NCBI GenBank assembly: GCA_024346625.1
Contig: AP024664.1
Span: forward strand, 4,340,001 to 4,404,000
Direction: 5' to 3'
DNA length: 64,000 bases
Source: Williopsis jadinii
Lineage: Eukaryota
Positions 63,476 to 64,000 of this stretch are shown piece after piece. The notes under the pieces were generated by a model that was not told the DNA's origin, made no database searches, and worked only from the letters and a program-made list of their open reading frames with translations. Numbering within the stretch: position 1 is the stretch's first letter; every line of letters starts with the position of its first letter. A program made the position numbers and the translations under genes.

Positions 63476-64000
63476 CCGGTGCTCGTTTCAAACTAAGCGC
63501 TTCAGGGGAAAGGGCTCAAGGACACAGCAACAGAGCAAGAGTACACGCTTTGTTTACCTTTTCGATTTTGTTTGTGCCCGGTATTTGTGCCTTTTTGGCG
63601 CCTTGTTTCAAGCCTTGATGATGGATACTCGAAAGGGGTAATTTTCGCGGAAATAGTCCTTAAATTCCTGCCAGGATTGAAGGGACCGCCCCAGGGCCAA
63701 GTGGCTTTTGTTTTCGTTATGACGTATGTCTCTGTTATGGGCCGTTCGTACAGGGACGGGGGACGTAATGGGATAGCGCGCACTGTGTGTACTAGCGAAG
63801 TTAAATGAAGCGAAATGTTGTCGGTTACTGTGAGTCGTTGTTGCCGATTCATATGACTACGTTTGACCGTTGGCTACGCGGCGGTGGCCACGAGATCATA
63901 AAGCCATGAACGACGGCCACTGACCATAACTGAAGCAGATCACCACGATTGGGTGTCCCATATCTTGATCACAGGGTGCATGCGTGGTGTAGGACGTTTA

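Noticed and set aside
63860..64000. Possible CDS fragment at the right edge
   Set aside because: The minus-strand frames checked all contain stops and nothing is recognisable.

Overview
Gene-dense chromosomal segment of a budding yeast (Saccharomycotina). It uses the standard code (CTG falls at a conserved Leu, e.g. NGVKLVDP in Pcm1) and has short 44-72 nt introns with GTGAGT/GTAAGT/GTATGT donors. A Cyberlindnera/Wickerhamomyces-type yeast is a plausible but unverified guess. Housekeeping blocks that match S. cerevisiae gene order are TRL1-ARG3, YGL114W-SNF4-CDC20, KAR9-MDL2-ATP15, KEL3-DIM1 and SOM1-PCM1. The window also holds DLD1, RPC34, an EFM2-like gene, SWC5, POL5, FPR2, PBP2, LEC1 and a group III histidine kinase (NIK1). 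Two accessory islands interrupt these blocks. The first (~17-31 kb) has a DUR3-like transporter, an amidase and an inverted pair of quinate-permease-like MFS genes around an orphan ORF. The second (~40.5-48.7 kb) has a tandem DUR3-like pair and decayed sequence. Reading the sequence directly recovered features the ORF track misses or splits: U2 snRNA, tRNA-Asn(GTT), spliced ATP15, an NTR2-like gene, the first exons of SWC5 and FPR2, and an unnamed 3-exon 97-aa membrane protein gene. The main leads are a strongly divergent H-box in NIK1, competing 3' splice sites in the NTR2-like gene, a gene-conversion tract between the inverted permeases, 8-bp-period telomere/Rap1-like promoter arrays and a probable Ty1-like solo LTR. 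All protein calls come from motifs and synteny recognised by eye; no database search was run.
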